The position numbers and the translations under genes are program-made. Positions 1 through 14,639 of a stretch of 64,000 nt of DNA are shown in pieces. How positions within the stretch are numbered: position 1 is the stretch's first letter; every line of letters starts with the position of its first letter. The stretch comes from Pristiophorus japonicus (Eukaryota). The stretch is from assembly GCF_044704955.1 (NCBI RefSeq), contig NC_091983.1, forward strand, positions 120,900,001 through 120,964,000, written 5' to 3'. Under the pieces are notes generated by a model. The model was not told the DNA's origin. It ran no database searches and saw only the letters and a list, made by a program, of their open reading frames with translations.

Positions 1-943
1 TAGAAGGCACAGGACACTCCAAGCTCTACTCAACTGGATGCAGATGCTAAACGTCGTGGGGCCATCGACAAAGAGGCTGATCTTGGAGGAGCAGCAACAA
101 ATGTGCTAGGCTCTGGCAGCTTTTCCAGCCACGATGTGCGATTGTAGAGAAAATGGAGGTGTCAATCTCCAACATGAGCAGCACCAGTACGCAGGCAATG
201 GCGATGATATGCTGTTCCATGGAAAGGATGGCCACCTGTATGGAGCAGCTAATGCGCCAGTCAAACAACAATATGCTGACTGTGAACAACAGTTTGCAGA
301 CTCTTGCACTCATCTGTAGAAGGGATATCAGCATAGACGTGGGCGTTCATTGTGCCACTGATGTGCAAAAATGTGCTCCAGCTCGTCGGTGAAACAACAT
401 AAGTGACACCCATGCTGATCTGATAGATGACAGATAAAGTGGAGATTAGAGGCACAATCCTCCAATGGAATGAGAGTGACTTGAAATGTTGTTAGTGGCT
501 TCCGAGGTTGCAGAAATCACCTACAAACTCTTGAAAGCAAAATCTCTGCACAAAATGGTGTCAGCAAGAACCTTTCTCTTAGGCAAGGCAGCAGCTGTAA
601 GGTCTGAGTATTTGTGTGCTTTTTTCAGCTGTTGTTTAATGAACTCCATCAATGGCCACTGCGCTTCCGCATCGTCTTCACAGGCAAGCTTTAGGAAGTC
701 TGTGAATCCTGTGCACAAGCAGTAAAAGCTGTAACCTCAGGTTAAAAAGCCCCTTAAGGGACTCTCAACAAGCTATTAACTACTTCAATGATGTCGCCCG
801 CCTCTCCCGAGCGGGTCCGTGACGTGCTGAGTTAAATACAGAAGAAGATGAAGTCAGGTTCCCGACGCGCTATCAATTTCAGCACTTTTAACTGCCGACC
901 CGCTCTTGAGCCCGCACTCTCTGCAATGTAAAAATTCCAGCCC
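1..943 (+). mobile_element. Right part of an internally deleted PIF/Harbinger derivative (C-terminal part of Myb/SANT ORF2 on +, transposase 5' leader on -)
   Basis: 1-330 translates (with stop and frameshift) to RAQDTPS..LDADA..KRLILEEQQQMC.ALAAFP..MEVSISNM..QAMAMICCSME, homologous to 62268-62717(-). About 385-480 is the reverse complement of 61650-61735. Ends in TIR-like aaaattccagccc. Confidence 0.65.
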
Positions 944-1373
944 TGGACTTGATTTCAATTCTCATCAATTATATCACATCTAATATTACAGAACACCACA
1001 TTAGTGTCAAGGATCTAAACATTAGGATTGGTTCACAATCCTGGTTTAAATGAAAAAGGTGTTGCAGCGTTAGCTTAGCCAAAAAAACAAAAATGTTTTA
1101 ATAGATGAGGAAGGTTGGACAACTAAATAGACAGGAAAGCATATCTCCAAATGAAGTCGCACTAAGAAGAAAACCCACAGATATATTCAAGGATCAGTTG
1201 TAGTTGTGTGATTTGTGGACAGATGCCAAAGTCTAGTGCACGAGATTAAAAGGCAGTCTGCTTCCAGCATTGAGACCAAACTATTGTATTAACTCTTACA
1301 TAAGAAAGAATTACATGCCACATCATGCCAGCTTTGGAGAAGCTACCTTCCTCTCATTTGTTTATCTTTTTAG

Positions 1374-1582
1374 GTGCCAGCCATGGTTCAATAGCAGCAC
1401 TCTCTCCTCTGAGTCAGAAGATGGTAGGTTTGAGCCTCACTCCAGAGACTTGAGCACATAATCTAGGTTAACACTTCAGTATAGTAATGAGGAACCACAG
1501 CACTGTCAGAAGTGATTTCTTTTGGAGGAGGCATTAAACTGAGGTCCAGTCTGCTCTCTAAGAAGATTCCATGACACTGTTT
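1374..1582 (+). mobile_element. tRNA-derived SINE 5' part (SacSINE1/DeuSINE-like), degenerate
   Basis: A-box-like tggttcaatagc and B-box-like gtttgagcc, followed by ctccagagacttgagcacataatctagg; resembles the shark DeuSINE family from recall. Confidence 0.6.
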
Positions 1583-2639
1583 TTTTAAAAAAGCACAGAA
1601 GAAGGCCACTAAGCCCATCGTATCTGTTCCAGCGATCCAAAACTAATCTCTCTTCCCTGTTCTCACTGATTGGGCTTGTATCTTCCTCTTATTTAAATAC
1701 TTATCCACCTTTCCTTTAAAATATACAATGGTCTGTCTTTATAACATTCCTATCATTATAAAACAAAACATCCTCCGACTTATGTGGGCATCACTACAGG
1801 GGATTTTCTGGCAAATATACAGGCAGGTGGAGAGGATAGTTTACTGAAGAATTCACACAAGTTAATTGGAACAAATCTCATATGATAGCTGTCATATAAT
1901 AAAGGGTTATTTCAATTAAATTTTTTGCAACAAAGGAGTATAACTACTGTGCAAGTGGATTTGCCATCCACTGTGCTTAGTGTTCTTGCAACAATCGCTG
2001 AAGTATGGAAAGTCAATCCAATGGACAATTTAGAATTTCCACCATCAAGGGGGACAAAACTGCTAGTAGATCCAGAAACCAAAATTGTGCCAAAGTTCCC
2101 TTTCAGATTTTGTTTTTACTCACTGACTATGAAAAATAATTTCCATTATCAAAGTTTTATACAAATAAAAAAGATGCAAAGGAAAATATACGACTTCTGA
2201 CAGAAACTACATTTGAGACTTAAGACAAATGCCAATGGCAATTGAGCTTGGCAACAGATAATTATTCTTGTCATTCTACTTTTACTTCACAATGAGTATG
2301 CATGAAACCTAGATACCTGTGCCCACTTTGACTAATGTTTAATTAACCTATTCTAGATGAAGATTGTAAAAGGCAGCTTTCAACTGAACTCGTTTTGTTG
2401 ATATATACAAAACTTGTTTAAGCAGTTAATTCAAAGTATGAATGTTACAGAGAACTATCTCAATTGGTTATAATCTGAGAAGGAAATGGAATGTACCTAA
2501 CTTAATAAAATAAACTGGCTCAAAATCTCTACAGGTTGATCCAGCTTCAGATCAACTATTTTGGGGACTGAGATAAACAATGCTCGATTAGCACATGACC
2601 AGCAGGAAAAGAACCCCATTCATCAATCAAAATGTACCA

Positions 2640-3870
2640 GCTGTGACTTTATGTACAGACAATATCAAACAAGGAGGAGCAGCTGAATCTAAGGAGGCAG
2701 CTTGGGAACTACAAAATGAGTTGTACAATATATGCAAGTGGGTAGATCAATGGCAGATGAAATTTGATATTGATAAGTATAAAGTACAACACATAGAAAG
2801 GAAAAGTTGACATTTTATTTCATAAATATTGTTCAAATAGCTGAAGATTTGTTTGAAGGAGATATATGGGCCTGAACTTGGTCAAAGCTAAGGCTCGCCC
2901 AAATGCCACCCAAAGGACCGGCGAGAGACCTGGCGGTACTTTGGCAGGGAGATTCCTCTAAAAGATCTGTGGGCGACAGTGGGCGGGAGCTCCCAATCTT
3001 GACAGCAAATGCAATCCTTGCCAAAGTGTTGCTGAGGATTGAGTCGGTCCCAGGGAGGGGGGAACACATAAAGTTAAAAATTTACACAAAAAAAACCCAC
3101 TGGAAAACCTTCAGGGGACCCCATCCACCTGAATCGCTGTAAAAAAAGAATAAAAGTTTACTAGCCTTTTTTTGCAGGTCTTCATACTTACCGTTGGGAT
3201 TAGGCCTGCTTCCACGCGACGGTCCTTCCCCCTGCTGCCGCCGACTCCCGCCGGGAGGAATCTGGCAGCTCGGCAGGCAGGAGGATACTTACGTGCTAGC
3301 TCGCTTGCGGACATCAGCGGGCGGTTTCCAGTGGTCCTCCCCGCCCGCCGGCGGGAGGCCTAGAGGAAACTGACACCGAGGGGTGACCACCCAAAAAACT
3401 TGGCAGCAGCAGGATGGTGAGTGCACCAGTTTGAGGCCATAATGGTTCAGCCGACTTTGTCGCTTAACATGTCCAATCACCACGGAACCAAAAAAGAAAA
3501 TTGAATGCAGAGCTATATAGATAAAACAATAGAGTAAATGTTAAGCCTGTACAGTGTTCTTTTCAGACTATACCTTGAGTATTCTGCCCTGTTCTGGTTA
3601 CTAAGACACAAGGGAGACATTCAAGCCTTGGAAACAGTTCAGAGTCACACAACTGGTCTCGATTATCAGAGGACTGACTTGCGAGATATTGGAAAAACGT
3701 GAGTTTTTCAACCTGGATAGGAAGTGACTGAGAGATGACTATGTGGGGCTATACAGTAAATAAAACAGTATATAAAAAGCTAGACCAAGAGGACACACAT
3801 TCGAATGAATATAATGCAAATTAGGACTGATATCAGGAAACTCTTCTTCACACAAAGTGATCAACATATG
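2640..3870 (+). mobile_element. Old CR1-like LINE 3' fragment split by a MITE
   Basis: LQNELYNICKWVDQWQMKFDIDKYKV (RT C-terminus) before 2868; LYSVLFRLYLEYSALFW and ctcttcttcacacaaagtg after 3490. Confidence 0.6.
2868..3439. mobile_element. Harbinger-type MITE, degenerate relative of 25309-25939
   Basis: Starts gggcctgaacttgg, ends ccagtttgaggcca; body is colinear with 25309-25939 (gctcgcc.aa.tgcc.cccaaaggacc, ggagctcccaatct, ccttcaggggacc). Confidence 0.7.
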
Positions 3871-4931
3871 AGGACTGATTTTCCAAGTCTGTGCACATGG
3901 CAGGAACCTCACTGGTGGCTTGCATAGGTCTAAAAATCAGGTCTCTTCTTTTGCACATTATGTTTTCCCTGTATCAGATTTTCCAATGGGTAATTTTGCT
4001 GGGCATAAGGAATCTTTGCTACAGGGCTGCAAACATGCCTCTTAGCATATTAAAAAATTGATCTTGGTCCAATGCAGAGTTTCCCATGACTAGTTAAATT
4101 GGCTTTTTTTGCTTATTTTTGCAAAGCATTTCAATAATTTAATGGAGCATAAGAAATGCTCAGAGCAGATAAGTTGTCCATTGGGGTTTCTGCTGGCATT
4201 CTTCAACACTACTCACATCGACCGTTTTGCTAAGATTAGCAGAAACAGAAGGGTAAATGTTCTGAAATGATCCTGGTGGCAGCCTTGCCCTCCAAAAGTG
4301 CAAACTTTAAAATTAATGGTCAGAAAATTGTGTGCAGCACCCACCCATATGTCCAATAGGCATTCCTGGTGGATGGAAATCTAAGCTAGGAGAAAGCTCT
4401 TAGATCATTCTTTCTGCATGTGGACTTCAATTGAAAAATAGCTATTTCAGCTCACTGCAATTTATTTTCGCACACTTGGTCTGTATTCAGTATAGATATA
4501 GATTTACGTGTTTGAGACTGAGTTCAAATTAATTGTAAATTTAGTCATTTCTATGATATTACATTATAAGAGAACACAGTTTCATTGATAAGTGGGTTAG
4601 AAGTTTGTCTTGAGCGGCAGCACAAAATGGGTGGTAGTGAATTGCCTTTATACACTTTTCCAAATGCCCAGGATGATTTTCTACGAACATGTTTTCTTCA
4701 TCCACAGAATGTCCAAATTAACTAAGACTTCCTTGCATTCTTCTATTGTATCATCTTTACCATTAATCATTCTTTTATGACCTTAATCTCATGGGAAAAA
4801 AATATGCTAATAGTCAGTTGATAAATGTAAAATTAAACATATGTGCCAACTCACATCACGGTTATGGTGATAGGTTTTGCAAGTGCCTAGCAACTAGCTA
4901 ATAAAGTCTACTTATTTTTATAATTAACAAT

Positions 4932-6300
4932 GGGGGGAGAAATTCGTGCTCGCAAGCAAAGTTGCTGGTGTCACTGGCAACTTGAATTAACGGCCGCTGA
5001 AAATGGCCGCCATGCTAACGGGGCAAAATTGGTCTGGGGGGCATGGAGATTGTTGGCACAGCACTTACTTTTCGTGCAACGCTTTCCTGGTGGTGTTGCT
5101 GGAGCATCCAGGACAAAGTTCCTGTCCAGGTGCGGCGTTGCAGCTTTTCATGGCCTCTGGAATCTACCTTTGTGCCTTCCTCATTCACACACCCAAGAAA
5201 TGCAGCCTGCCCAGCCAAAGGCTGACCAAGAAGAGGGAGAGGAGCGTGAAGATGAATAAGAATAGAAGAAGATTGAATTGATACTCCCAGTCACCAGCTT
5301 CTGAATGTCAACCATCAAGGTCATTTGCAGTGTCCCTGACTGAAAGTCAGCAGCCTTCCACCAGCCATGCTGCAGCCACTGGGGTGGCACTGCATAACAT
5401 CAGTCGAGTAGGCAAAGGCACATGCAAGACAGTCACTAAGGGAATGCATATGGGTGATGAGTTGATTCCTTGATGTCACATTGGATGGCTAGACATATAT
5501 AGGTGGATTTGAAAGTTTGCTGTGTGGTGGCTTTTATTGCAGCATTGTGGCTTGGAGGATGTTGTGATAGTAACAGAGGGAAAGTATGGTGTGGGACTAA
5601 TGTTGAAAGGGGAATTGGGGTTATGGTCACTGGGACCACAGGCAGATGATTCCATCCCAGATAACCCGGCCACAAAGGGGCTGTCTGAGTTGCATCCTTC
5701 CTTCTGCTTCCTCCTCCTCGGCTTCTTCCTCTTCTGCGTCTTTCTCTTCCCTCTGTGAGCGGACGCTGTAAATATGAAATGACAGCATAAAATGCTGGAA
5801 ATACTCAGCTGGTCCGGCAGCATCTCGTCCTGAGACATGAACTCTGTTTTTCTCTCCACAGATGCTGCATGACCTGCTGAGTATTTGCAGCATGTTCTGT
5901 CTTCTCAAAGACCTTCATTTACCATCCGAGTCCTTGCAAGCATCCAGCAAGCATCCCTGCACACTTAAAAAAATTGTCACATCTAATACAGCAAGTCACC
6001 ACTTAAATAAAATCAAAAAAACTCAATCCAAAACCTCACATTCAAACTTATCTGAAAGATGTGTGTCCCTTTAAGAATTGCAGACATTGCCACTGTCAGC
6101 CTGCTTGCACGTCAAGTAGGATCTAGCGCTGAATTCAGTGCGAGGATCGAAGTTCACGTTGATGACGTTAAGTCGGCATTGCATGCCGATTTGACATCAC
6201 CACGCTGTCATCTTTCAGGGCGCGACCAACAGCGGAAGGGGGACATGAATATGGCATTTCATGGCGCTATGGAGTGGCGGTAAATAGATGAATTTCTAAC
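4932..6300. mobile_element. Internally deleted Harbinger derivative (convergent ORF2 and transposase C-termini)
   Basis: TIR-like gggggagaaattc / gaatttctaac; minus-strand acidic tail EEEEAEEEEAEGRMQLRQPLCGRVIWDGII resembles Harbinger transposase C-termini. Confidence 0.45.
5786..5899. repeat. Inverted pair of Penelope terminal-repeat ends (hairpin)
   Basis: Arms 5786-5825 and 5860-5899 are reverse complements (6 mismatches in 40) and match 14680-14735. Confidence 0.75.
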
Positions 6301-9300
6301 GTGGTGTTTTACAGATTAATTTACTGAAATGAATTTGCACAAAGAGCTCTTTACCTGTAAGTACCAAGTTTTGAGTTGATTAACAACACAAACATTAGGG
6401 TCAAAAGCCTACGGGTCTTTATTTCCCGCCGTAAATGCTGTGATCTGCCCCCCAGTGACCTCCAGCACTGATCTCGCCAAAGATGATAGGTTATGGGAAG
6501 TTCACCTCTTTAAATAACTACAGCAGGCACCTACATCACAAGGGGAATATTTTAGGCAGCCATTAGGCACCTATGCCGGTACTAGGGGTAGGGGGATGCC
6601 AAGGCCCCTCCCCCGAAATATCTCAACACTTTGCCCAGTGGCATGTTTAGGTCTGACCCTGCTGTGCAGTCCTTCCGTTGCATTCCCATCGGAGTTTTAC
6701 TGGATTTTTGGCCCCATCCTATTTAGAGGCGACTCATTAAATAAACTAATGAATCAATAATAAAAGCAATTTTGATTAAGGACAGGCTTTTGTTACAAAA
6801 CAACTTGTTCTGTAGAGAACTTGATAGTACATAAAGGGACTGGTAACGTGATGGTGGGAGTCTGATGAACTGAAGTACTTATTTTGTCATTTCCCTGTAG
6901 TGTCAGCTCAGAAAGCGGGAGGCCTCTCAGCCACCCAATGGTTTGAGTGAAGCCCAAATGTAGGGAGCAATGTGCAGGGCACTGGGAGTGGTCGAATAAT
7001 ACGACATTTGTAAAGTGAGTGGTAAGTATCTGGGTATGGTAGTACTGGCAGCGATGGAGATGCCGGAGGAGGAGGTAAAATCATTGGGTAGAGTGCTGTG
7101 GTGTGAACCACTGAGAGGTCCTTTCTTGATAGCATGTTTCTAGAGGTGGTCACCCCGCAGCTAAAGAATCTGCAGGCAGGGAGGAAGTGAGTGACCACCA
7201 GACAGAAGAGGAAGACTAGGCAGGTAAGGCAGAAGTCCCCTGAGTGCACCTCACTCTCCAACCAGTACTCTGTTCTGAATACAATGGTGTCTCTGAGGAG
7301 TGCAACCAGAGGTAAGTACACGGCATCACGGGTGGCTCAGCTGCACAGGGGGAAGGAAAAAGAATGGAGGAGCAATAATGGTAGGGGATTCGATAGTCAG
7401 GGGAGCAGACAGACATTTCTGTGGCCGCAGAAGTGACTCCAGGATGCTATGTTGCCTCCCTGGTACCAGAATCAAGGATGTCACCGAACGGCTGCAAGAC
7501 ATTCTGGGGGAGGGGAGAGGGTGAACAGCCAGAGGTTATGGTCCATATTGGTACCAATGACATAGGTAGAAAGAGGGGTGAGGTCCTGCAGGCAGAGATT
7601 AGGGAGCTAGGAGAGAGATTAAAAAGCAGGATCTCAAAGATAGTAATCTCCGGGTTACTGCCGGTGCCACGTGCTAGTGAGTACAGAAATAGGAGGATAG
7701 AGAATATGAATGCGTGGATGGAGAGATGATGCAGGTGGGAGGGCTTTAGATTCCTGAGGCATCGGGACTGTTTCTGGGGGAGGTGCGACCTGTACAAGCC
7801 TGAAGGGTTGCATCTCAACAGAGCCGGGACCAGTATCCTTGCGGGAGGGTTTGCTAGTGCTGTTGGGGAGGGTTTAAACTAGCTTGGCAGGGGGATGGGA
7901 ACTGGATAATAGACTCAGTGAAGAGAGAAGCAAAGCTGGAATTGGGCAGCAGAAAAGTAGAAAGTGAATTTGGAAGGCAGAGGAAACAAGGGCTGGAAAA
8001 TAGACAACAAGAGTTTGGCATCACTAAATGGTATATACTTCAAGGAGTATAGGGAATAAGCAGATGAGCTGAGAGCACATAAAGACACTTGGGAGTATGA
8101 TATTATAGCCATTACTGAGACATGGGCTGAAAGAAGGACAGGTATGGCAGCTCAACATTCATGGTTACAGGGTTTTCAGACAGGATAGGGAGGGAGATAA
8201 AAAATGAAGGAGGGGGGGAAATCACAGAATTAATTAAAGAAACAATTACAGCTGTGAGAAGGGCTGATATGTTAGAGGGGTCATCAAACGAGGCCACATG
8301 GGTTGAATTGAAGAACAAAAAAGGGCCAATCACACCACTGGGACCCCCCAAACAGTCAGAGGGAGATAGAAGAACAAATAAGTGGGCAAGTTGCTGCGAA
8401 GTGCAACAACTATAGAGCTGTAATGGTAGGAGATTTCAACTACCTTAACATTAATTGGGAAAAAAATAGTGTGAATGGTGCAGAGGGTGCGGAATTCCTA
8501 AAATGCATTCAGGAGAACTTCTTTAGCCAGTATGTAACAAGCCCAGCAAGGGAGGGAGCAGTTCTGGACTTGGTTTTGGGGAATGAAGAGGGGCAGGTGA
8601 AAGGGGTATCAGTTGGAGAGCATTTTTGTGCTCGTGATCATAATTCAATAAGATTTAGGGTAGTTATGGAAAAGGACAAAGGTGGACCTGGAAATAAAGT
8701 TCTCAATTGGGGTAAAGCCAATTTTGCTGCGTTGAGATGGTATTTGGCCAAAGTGGACTGGAAATGACTACTTGATGGTAAATCAGTGTCAGAGCAGTGG
8801 GAGGCATTCAAGGAGGAGATCCTGAGAGTACAGAGGAAGTATGTTCCCTTAAAAGAAAAAAGGTGGGGCTAACAAACCTAGAGCCCCCTGGATGTTAAGG
8901 GACATACAGGGTAAAGAAAAAAAAGGAAGCTTCTGACAGATACCGAGAACTCAATACTGCAGAAACTCTAGTGGAGTATAAGAAGTGCAGGGGTGCAATT
9001 AAAAAATATATCTGGAAAGCAAAGAGAGAGCATGAGAAAATGTCGGCAAGTAAAATCAGGGGAAATCCAAAGATGTTTTATAAATACATTAAGAGCAAGA
9101 GGATAACTAGAGAAAGAGTGGAGCCTGTTAGAGACCATAAAGGAAATCTGTGTGTGGAGGCAGAAGACGTGGGTATGATTCTTAATGAATACTTTGCATC
9201 TGTTTTCACAAAAGAGAGGGGCAATGCAGACTTTGCAATGAGGGAAGAGGAGTGTGAAATATTAGATGAGATAAACATAGTGAGAAAGGAAGTATTAAGG

Positions 9301-10297
9301 GGCTTAACAGCTTTGAAAGTGGATAAACCCCCAGGCCCAGATGAAATGTATCCAGGCTGTTAGGAGAAGCAAAAGAGGAAAGAGCAGAGGCTCTGACCAT
9401 CATTTTCCTGTCCTCTCTGGCTACAGTTGTGGTGCCAGAGGACTGGAGAACTGCTAATGTTGTACCTTTGTTAAAAAAGGGAGAAAGGGTTAGACCGAGT
9501 GATTACAGGCCAGTCAGCCTAACATCAGTGGTGGGAAAATTACTGGAAAAAATCCTGAGGGACAGGATAAATCTTCATTTAGAAAGACATGGATTTCCTA
9601 GACTGTCACTAACCTCATCTCCTCTGGAGATCTTTCCTCCACAGTCACCAACCTCATAGTTCCCCAATTCCACACAGCTCGCCTCTACCTCCTTCCCAAG
9701 ATTCACATACAGGACTGTCCCGGTAGACCCATTGTTTCAGCCTGTTCTTGCCCCACAGAACTTATTTCCTCCTATCTCGACTCTATTTTTTCTCCCCTTG
9801 TCCATTCTCTTCCCATCTACATCTGTGACTCCTCCGACACCCTCCGTCACTTTAACAGTTCCCAGGTTCCCGGCTCCAACTGTCTCCTTTTCACCATGGA
9901 TGCCTAATCCCTCAACACTTCCATCCCCCACCAGGATGGCCTGAGGGCGTTCCGCTTCTTCCTCGAGCAGAGGTCCAACCAATCCCCATCCACCACCATC
10001 CTCCTCCGCCTGATGAACTTGTTCTCACATTGAATAAGTTCTCCTTTAACTCCACTCACTTTCTCCAAATTAAAGGTGTTGCTATGGGAACCCATATGGA
10101 TCCTAGCTTTGCCAGCCTTCTTGTGCGATATGTGGAACATTCTTTGTTCGAGTCCTACTCGGGTCCCCTCCCTCACCTCTTTTTCTAAAACATTGATGAC
10201 TGTATCAGTGATGTTTTCTGCTCTAGCCCTGAACTAGAAAATTTCATTCACTTTGCACCCTTCCCTTACATTTACATGGTCCAACGCCGACTCTTCC

Positions 10298-11690
10298 AGA
10301 AGAACATAAGAATATAAGAAATAGAAACAGGAGTACGGCCCCTTGAGCCTACTCCACCATTCAATACGATCATGGCTGATCCGATCATGGACTCGGCTCC
10401 ACTTCCCCGCCCGCTCCCCATAACCCTTATTTCCTTATCGGTTAAGAAACTGTCTATCTCTGTCTTAAATTTATTCAATGACCCAGCTTCCACAGCTCTC
10501 TGAGGCAGTGAATTCCACAGATTTACAACCTTCTGAAAGAAGGAAGTCCTCCTCATCTCAGTTTTAAATGGGCGACCCCTTATTCTAAGATTATGCCCCC
10601 TAGTTCTAGTCTCCCCTATCAGTGGAAACATCCTCTCTGTGTCCACCTTGTCAAGCCCCCTCATAATCTTATACGTTTCAATAAGATCACCTCACATTCT
10701 TCTGAATTCCAATGAGTAGAGGCCCAACCTACTCAACCTTTCCTCATAGGTCAACCCCCTCATCTCTGGAATCAACCTAGTTAACCTTCTCTGAACTGCC
10801 TCCAAAGCAAGTATATCCTTTCTTAAATATGGAAACCAAAACTGTATGCAGTATTCCAGGTGTGGCATCACCAATATCCTGTATAGCTGTAGCAAGACTT
10901 CCCTGGCTTTTATACTCCATCCCCTTTCCAATAAAGGCCAAGATTCCATTGACCATCCTGATCATTTGCTGTACCTGCATACTAATCTTTTGTGTTTCAT
11001 GGACCAGAACTCCCAGGTCCTGCTGTACTCCAGCACTTTGCAATTTTTCTCCATTTAAATAATAACTTGCTCTTCGATATTTTTCTGTCAATGTGCATGA
11101 CCTCGCAATTTCCAACATTATAATCCATCAGCCAAATTTTTGCCCCCTTACTTAGCTTGTCTATGACTTTTTGCAGGTGTTTTGTGACCTCCTTACACAT
11201 TGCTTTTCCTCCCATCTTTATATCGTCAGCAAACTTGGCTACATTACACTCGGTCCCTTCATCCAAGTCATTAATATAGATTGTAAATAGTTGGGGTTCC
11301 AGCACTGATCCCTGCGGCACCCCACTAGTTACTGATTGCCAAACCGAGAATGAACCATTTATCCCGATCCGCTGTTTTCTGTTAGTCAGCCAATCCTCTA
11401 TCGCTGTTAATATATTACCCCCAACCCCGTGAACTTTTATCTTGTGCAGTAACCTTTTCTGTGGCACCTTGTCAAATGCCTTCTGGAAGTCCACATACAC
11501 CACATCCACTGGTTCCTCTTTATCCACCCTGTTCATTACATCCTCAAAGAATTCCAGCAAATTTGTCAAACATGACTTCCCCTTCATAAATCCATGCTGA
11601 CTCTGCCTGACTGAATTATGCTTTTCCAAATGTCCTGCTACTGCTTTTTTAATAATGGACTCCAACATTTTCCCAACCAGAGATTTAGGC
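10298..11690 (-). mobile_element. CR1 LINE (B), 5'-truncated, inserted in Penelope
   Basis: [31 protein letters not shown]; (cataagaa)n tail at 10300-10320. Confidence 0.93.
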
Positions 11691-12253
11691 TTCCCTTCTC
11701 TTCCGCGACTTCTCTGTCCCCATTTCTGGGTATAGGCTTTTGCCTATACACTATAAGCTCACTGACTCCCACAGCTACCTGGGCTACGCTTCCTCCCACC
11801 CTGTATCCTGCAAGGACTCCATTCCATTCTCCCAGTTTCTCCGTCTCCATCGCATCTGCTCTGACGACGCCACCTTTCACGCTAGTGCCTTTGACATGTC
11901 TTTCTTTTTCCTCAACCGAGGATTCCCCTCCGCCATGGTTAACATAGCCCTCGACCATGTCCATTCTATTTCCTGCACCTTTGCTCTCACATCTTCCCCT
12001 CCCTCTCAGTACCACGACATGGTTCCCCTTGTCCTTCACCTTTCACCCTAACAGCCTCCACATCAACAGATTATCCTCCCCCATTTCTGCCACCTCCAGT
12101 GTGATCTCACCACTAATCACACCTTCCCCTCCCTTCCCCTCTCAACATCCAGAAGGGACCGCTCCCTCTAGAACACCCTGGTCCATTCCGCAGTCTCACC
12201 CAGCACCCCCTCCCCTTCCCACGGCACCTTTCCATGCAAGCGCAGCAGATGTA

Positions 12254-13983
12254 ACATAAGAACATAAGAACATAAGAATTAGGAACAGGAATAGGCCATC
12301 TAGCCCCTCGAGCCTGCTCCGCCACTCAACAAGATCATGGCTGATCTGGCTGTGGACTCAGCTCCACTTACCCGCCCGCTCCCCGTAACCCTTAATTCCC
12401 TTATTGGTTAAAAATCTATCTATCTGTGATTTGAATACATTCAATGAGCTAGCCTCAACTGCTTCCCTGGGCAGAGAATTCCACAGATTCACAACCCACT
12501 GGAAGAAGAAATCGGTTTTAAATTGGCTCCCGCGTATTTTGAGGCTGTGCCCCCTAGTTCTAGTCTCCCCGACCAGTGGAAACAACTTTTCTGCCTCTAT
12601 CTTGTCTATCCCTTTCATTATTTTAAATGTTTCTATAAGATCACCCCTCATCTTTCTGAACTCCAACGAGTAAAGACCCAGTCTATTCAATCTATCATCA
12701 TAAGGTAACCCCCTCATCTCCGGAATCAGCCTAGTGAATCGTCTCTGTACCCTTTCCAAAGCTAGCATATCCTTTCTTAAGTCAGGTGACCAAAACTGCA
12801 CGCAGTACTCCAGGTGCGGCCTCACCAATACCCTGTACAGTTGCAGCAGGACCTCCCTGCTTTTGTACTCCATCCCTCTCGCAATGAAGGCCAACATTCC
12901 ATTCGCCTTTCTGATTACCTGCTGCACCTGCAAACTAACTTTTTGGGATTCATGCACAAGGACCCCCAGGTCCCTCTGCACCTCAGCATGTTGTAATTTC
13001 TCCCCATTCAAATAATATTCCCTTTTACTGCTTTTTTTCCCAAGGTGGATGACCTCACATTTTCCGACATTGTATTCCATCTGCCAAACCTTAGCCCATT
13101 CGCTTAACCTAACTAAATCTCTTTGCAGCCTCTCTGTGTCCTCTACACAACCCGCTTTCCCACTAATCTTTGTGTCATCTGCAAATTTTGTTACACTACA
13201 CTCTATCCCCTCTTCCAGGTCATCTATGTATATTGTAAACAGTTGTGATCCCAGCACCAATCTCTGTGGCACACCACTAACCACCGATTTCCAACCCGAA
13301 AAGGACCCATTTATCCATTTATCCCGACTCTCTGCTTTCTGTTAGCCAGCCAATTCTCGATCCATGCTAATACATTTCCTTTGACTCCGCGTACCTTTAT
13401 CTTCTGCAGTAACCTTTTGTGTGGTACCTTATCGAATGCCTTTTGGAAATCTAAATACACCACATCCATCGGTACACCTCTATCCACCATGCTCGTTATA
13501 TCCTCAAAGAATTCCAGTAAATTAGTTAAACATGATTTCCCCTTCATGAATCCATGTTGCGTCTGCTTGATTGCACTATTCCTATCTCGATGTCCCGCTA
13601 TTTCTTCCTTAATGATAGCTTCAAGCATTTTCCCCACTACAGATGTTAAACTAACCGGCCTATAGTTACCTGCCTTTTGTCTGCCCCCTTTTTTAAACAG
13701 AGGTGTTACATTAGCTGCTTTCCAATCCGATGGTACCTCCCCAGAGTCCAGAGAATTTTGGTAGATTAAAACGAATGCATCTGCTATAACTTCCGCCATC
13801 TCTTTTAATACCCTGGGATGCATTTCATCAGGACCAGGGGACTTGTCTACCTTGAATCCCATTAGTCTGTCCAACACTACCTTGTGATAGTGATTGTCTC
13901 AAGGTCCTCCCTTCCCACATTCCCGTGACCAGCAATTTTTGGCATGGCTTTTATGTCTTCCACTGTGAAGACTGAAGCAAAAA
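12254..13983 (-). mobile_element. CR1 LINE (C), 5'-truncated, inserted in Penelope
   Basis: ORFs 13311-13877 and 12358-13284 encode CR1 RT (KFADD); (cataagaa)3 tail; aaca at both junctions; same subfamily as 44430-46163. Confidence 0.95.
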
Positions 13984-14639
13984 AACACCTGCCCTTTCCC
14001 ACTGTCCAGGGCCCCAAATACTCCTTCCAGGTGAAACAGCGATTTACTTGTACTTCTTTCAATTTATTATACTATATTCGTTACTCACGATGTGGTCTCC
14101 TCTACATTGGGGAGACCAAGCGTCGATTGGGTGACTTTTTTGGGAACACCTCCATTCAGTCCATAAGTGTGACCCTGAGCTTCCGGTCGCCTGTCACTTT
14201 AATTCTCCACTCCACTCCCACTCTGATATCTCTGTCCTCGGACTCTTCCACTGTTCCAATGAAGCTCAACGCAAGCTCGAGGATCAATACCTCATCTTTT
14301 GTTTAGGCACTTTCCAACCTTCTGGACTCAACATCGAGTTGAACAATTTCAGAGCATAACACCTACCCGTCTTTGGCTTCCTTCCTCCCCCCCCACCCCC
14401 CTCGAGCTTATGTTTTCCTCTTTGTCTCCAATGGCAGCTGGTCACTATTCCGCCATTCACACCCTATCTGGATTAACTTTTTCCTCACTCCGGCCATTAC
14501 CATTTCAATTCGGCTCATCATCCCCTTTGTCTCTCTAATCTCTCCTACCTTCCACCCTATCATAGACCTTCCCTTTTATTCTTTCTTCCCCTCCCCCTTT
14601 CAGTGCTTCTTATGAATGTGTTCTTTTCGAACATTCACC

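Noticed and set aside
1374-1450. Possible tRNA gene
   Set aside because: Degenerate A/B boxes continue into a SINE body; no cloverleaf can be supported.
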